A stretch of DNA of 55,500 nucleotides, counting the filler, from Malassezia furfur (lineage: Eukaryota): assembly GCA_052055015.1 (NCBI GenBank). It is 2 parts of 2 records of this genome, joined end to end, with 100 filler letters (N's around TTAATTAATTAA, not from the genome) between each part and the next. Parts side by side here need not be neighbours in the genome. Positions count along the whole stretch, not along the records: positions 27,846 to 55,500 come from JBQJIT010000115.1; 1 more part is not named here. One strand, written 5' to 3'. How positions within the stretch are numbered: position 1 is the first letter of the stretch; the number at the start of each line of letters is the position of its first letter. The translations under genes were made by a program, and so were the position numbers. This document shows, piece by piece, positions 51,789-55,500 of this stretch. A model generated the notes under the pieces. The model made no database searches, was not told the origin of the DNA, and saw only the letters and a program-made list of their open reading frames with translations.

Positions 51789-54700
51789 CTAGTTACCGAT
51801 CCGGATGCCGCGGTCTTGCATGGGCGTCTGCGCGTAGCGGTTGGCGCGCCCGCTCTTGTCGATGTGGTCGATGCCCAGCAGGTCGTCCGGAAGGAACTTG
51901 TGGTCGAAGAGCACGTCGTCGTCCTCGAGGTAGGTCGGCTGCTTGTACTGGCTCAGCTGCACGAGCGCAAAGCGGAACTTGGCAAAGTCCTTGTCGGGCA
52001 CCTCGAGATGTGCCTGCAGGCGCCTGGCCGTGTCCGCGAAGCGCTCGTTGCGGCGCAGCACGAAGCGGAACGGCACGCCGTGCGTGCGCGCAATGTCCTT
52101 GGAGAAGTGGCACACGGGCACCACCTTGGCGTCGTCGCCGAGCGCGAGCTCCTCGGGCCACACCTCCTCGGCAAACAACTCGGCGTTCTCGGGGATCGTG
52201 CTGATCGTCTCGGTGGGCAGAATCTCGCGCTGCTGCTTGCCGAGCGACGCGCTCTCAAACAGGCGGATGCGGTGCGTGCCGTCGGGGCGGAGCGGCACGA
52301 GCTTCGCGAGCTGCTCCACCACCTCGTGCACGGGCGCCGTCTTGGGCAGCAGGAAGGCGTGCGGCGCAGCCTCCTCCTTGTTGTGCGCGCCCATCCAGGT
52401 GATCTTGAGCGCGCGCTTCGTCTCGAGCTCGACGATGCTCTCGTCGAGCAGCTCGTAGTAGAGCAGGCTCGCGGGGCCCTGCAGATAGCTCGTCTGGATG
52501 ATCTCGTTGATCGTTTGGTTCGCGGTGCGCTTCAGCACGGTGCGCGGCGTGCCGTTCGGGCCGTTGGCGGTGGTGAAGCGCAGCTTGAGCGGATCGTGGT
52601 GCAGACGCTCGCCGACCTTGACGGCGAGCATGTCGTAGGTCATCTTCTTGCTCAGCGTGAGCTCAATCTCGGTGGTGTAGGGCGCGTCCTCGAAGCGCGG
52701 CTTGAGCAGCAGGCGCACCTGGTTCTGCAAGAAGTCGTAGAACTGCACCGGGTTCGAGTAGAGCGACTGCGCCTCGTAGTCGCTCGCGTCCTTCTCGGAG
52801 AGCTCGATCTGGAAGCACACCACGTCTCCGTCCTGGATCTCGCTCTGGACAAAGGTCGCCTTCGGCTTGAGCTGCTCGATCATCCCTGGCTTGATCTCCT
52901 CAAAGAGCTTGACCTGCGTCGTCGGCGGCCAGCGCATCAGCTCGTTGATCGTGGGGATCAGGTCGCCCACCTTCATCTGGCGCTGCACGTACATCCGCGA
53001 CACGCCCAGCAGCGTCTGCCGCGACGTGTCAAAGTACTTGAGGAAGATCATGATGGCGTTGCCGGGCGCCGCCGCATCGAGGTGCGCCGTCGCCAAGCTG
53101 TTCGGCTCGAGCACCTCGAGGAAGAGGCGCAGGTCGTGCTGCCGCGACGCCATGCGGTCGCGCACCGTCTCGATGGTGAGCGACGGGTCGTTGGTCGGCA
53201 CCACCGCATCCGGGCGCACCGTCTTGTTCTGCCGGTTGACCAGCACCCAGAGCCGCACTGCGGCGTCGGGCAGGTCGAACTGCTGCGCAAGGCGCGCCTT
53301 GAAGTGCACAAACGGCTCCGTCTTCAGCACACGGAACGCCGGCAGCTCGGTGGGCTTCGCGATGCGGTCGTCAAACGTCGCCAGGTCAAAGCCCTGGTGC
53401 GTGCGGAAGAGCTCCTCGGTGACGACACGCACGGTGAGGTACAGGTGCTGCTCCTCCCGCTCGCGGCGCCGCGCCTCCATCGCGAGGCGCTCCTCCTCGA
53501 GCCGCTCGCGCAGGTGCGCCGGCGTGTCGTTCGGGCCGAACGGCCGCAGGACGTCGGGGCGCTCCGTGTCGCGGATGTACACGAGCATGTACGCGTTGGT
53601 GAAGCGCTTCATCGCGCGCACCGGCGCCGTGGCGGCCAGCTGGCCCTTGGCCGCGCCCGCCGGGAGCAGCTCGCCGCCGAAGTTGTCCTCAAACACCTCC
53701 TTCTCCGTCGCGCGCGTCACGCGGTCGTCGTCAAACTTGAACCAGTCGCTGTCCGGCTCGGGGCGGATAAAGGAGAAGTAGTGCCCGCCGTGCAGGTCGC
53801 CCGAGTGCACCAGCACGCCGTGCAGGTGGTACAGCCACGACTCGTTGCGCCGCTCCTTCTCGACGAACGGCGCGAGGTCGATTTGCAGCGGGAACTCGTG
53901 CCGGTCGTTGATCTTGACCATGGCGTCGCGCTCCATGTCGTACTCAAAGCGCTTCAGCTGCAGGTGCAGCACGGGGGGGAAGGACTCGAAGATGACGCCC
54001 TTTTCGGTGTCCTGCAGGCCGTAGCCCTCGGCGTGGTACTTGTTGTCGCCCTCGAGCATCTCGGTCTGGATGTAGTCCCAGAAGCTCGCCTCGAGGTTCG
54101 GCAGGCCCTTGACGTTGAGCTGGATGTCGTAAAAGTCCTCGGTGCGCGACGACTCGTAGTCGACGTTCACGCAGCGCAAATAGCTCTTCATGCGCCCGGT
54201 GAACAGGTGCGAGATGGCGCCGTCCGCCGCGGTGCCCTTCATCTTGCTCTCGAGCTTCTCCTGGAGCACACGGTTAAACTCTTGCACGTCGTGCTGCAGG
54301 AAGCTGTCGAGCGACTTCCACCCAAACGACTTGGTGAGCTCCGTGGTGCCCACGGGGTGGTCGGACGTCTGCAGCAGGTAGAAGGTGCGCTGCAGCGCCA
54401 GTGCCACGCTCTCCGACGGCACGTCGTTCTCCGTGGGGATTTGGTACACCGCGCGCCGGTAGTAGTTGGTGAAGAAGAGCGACTGGAGCAGCGAGTTCAT
54501 GTAGCACGTCGCGCCCTGGTTCTTCATGCCGACGTACCCCGTCTCCTTCTTGGAGTCGTAGTTGATAAAGTTGTGCCACAACACCCCCGTCGGGTCCTTG
54601 AGCACGCGCACAAACGCCGACACCACCGCCTGGTCGTCCTCAATGATGGGGCGCACGCGGTTGTCTAGCGGTACGGCGAGCTTGCGGAACTCGTTGAAGC

Positions 54701-55204
54701 GCGTAAAGCCCCAGTCCATCTCCTCCGCCGTGAAGCGGTGGTGCGCCTGGCTGGTCGAGAAGAGCGTCGGGTCGTTGGGGTTGGAGATGACGAGCGCAAA
54801 CTGCGCACACGCGTGCCACCCTTCGGGCGTGTCCTTGTCGTCTGCATAGTCAAGGTACACGGACACCATATCGTACGGCTGTCCATTGCTGTTGCCGAAC
54901 GGGAACAGCAGGATGCGCCACTTGTGGCCCCCGCACTCAAACTCGGGGCCGGTGATGCGCTTCTCGAGCGCGTGCCACGACTTGATCGGCCAGTGGCACA
55001 CCTGGAAGTCCGCCTCCTCCTGGCCCAGGTCCGCCAGGTACTTTTCCACAAATGCCTTGTGGTCCATCACGCTCACGCGCGGGGCCGGCGCAGCGGCGCC
55101 GCCATCGGCCACCTCGTCTGCGCCCGCGCCCGGCACGTCGCTGGGCGCCTCAAACGCCGCGTCCAGGTAGGGATCCTGCGTAAGCATCGCGCCGAACGCA
55201 CCAT
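51789..55204 (-). CDS. UBP15: Ubiquitin-specific protease USP7/Ubp15 (MATH + USP + UBL domains)
   Basis: MATH motif DWGFTRF, Cys box NQGATCYMNSLLQ and His box VLVHSGDLHGGHY. The start is either ATG 55204 plus a 26-nt intron (55176-55201) or ATG 55187. Confidence 0.95.
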
Positions 55205-55500
55205 CCCACGTCGCTGACCAAGTCCTGCTTTGCCTCACACGATGCGCACGGCGTGCACACAATCGGGCCGTGCAGTGGGGGGAAACGACGCAACGTGGTC
55301 GTACAAAGCCAAGAGGTGGAGTGCGCCCCCCACCCCACCTCGGGCACCGCCCGCCCGCTCGTCCGCCGCCAGATCGGCATACCGGTTCGTACGCTACGTG
55401 TTCTCTACCTACGCTACACGCCCTACCCACCGCCGCACGCGCGCCCTCGCCACCTCGTCGCGCCGCGGCACGGTGTGCTGGCACCGTCACCGCGGCGTGT

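Noticed and set aside
51816..54668. A 950-aa plus-strand ORF and other long antisense ORFs (for example 36985..38649, 28903..30186, 35520..36665)
   Set aside because: They are shadow frames of GC3-rich genes on the opposite strand (UBP15, GND1, SNU114, SGS1) and show no recognisable motifs.
1..55500. Transposons, CRISPR arrays, rRNA and spliceosomal snRNAs
   Set aside because: I saw no transposase or reverse transcriptase motifs, LTRs, terminal inverted repeats, spaced repeats, or U1/U2/U5/U6 or rRNA signatures.

Overview
Eukaryotic DNA from a very compact, high-GC basidiomycete yeast, most consistent with Malassezia. This is inferred from gene content, intergenic spacers often under 100 bp and tiny spliceosomal introns. 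I support 30 protein-coding genes, mostly housekeeping: TRAX, TIP20, TMEM184, QCR7, HEM14, FBP1, a perilipin-like protein, a Pcl cyclin, a Sec7 GEF, PWP2, HAS1, UTP21, the midasin C-terminus, SNU114, a Sut1-like transporter, Rho4, SGS1, GND1, SGT2, SCAP, RAD21, an arrestin-like protein, an ABHD11-like hydrolase, GNA1, an AIM18-like protein and UBP15. There are also two intron-containing tRNAs (Asp-GTC and initiator Met) and a 100-bp artificial scaffold gap. Features the ORF track misses: (1) an enlarged (~495 nt) nuclear RNase P RNA on the minus strand at 46094-46588, with all five conserved regions; (2) 31 hand-called introns in coding regions, 25 of them 21-31 nt and seven in-frame without a stop; (3) a V-shaped GC trough centred on the tRNA pair at about 6-7 kb, resembling a Malassezia centromere or an inactivated one; (4) recurring promoter motifs. 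All calls come from reading the sequence by eye; no searches were run.
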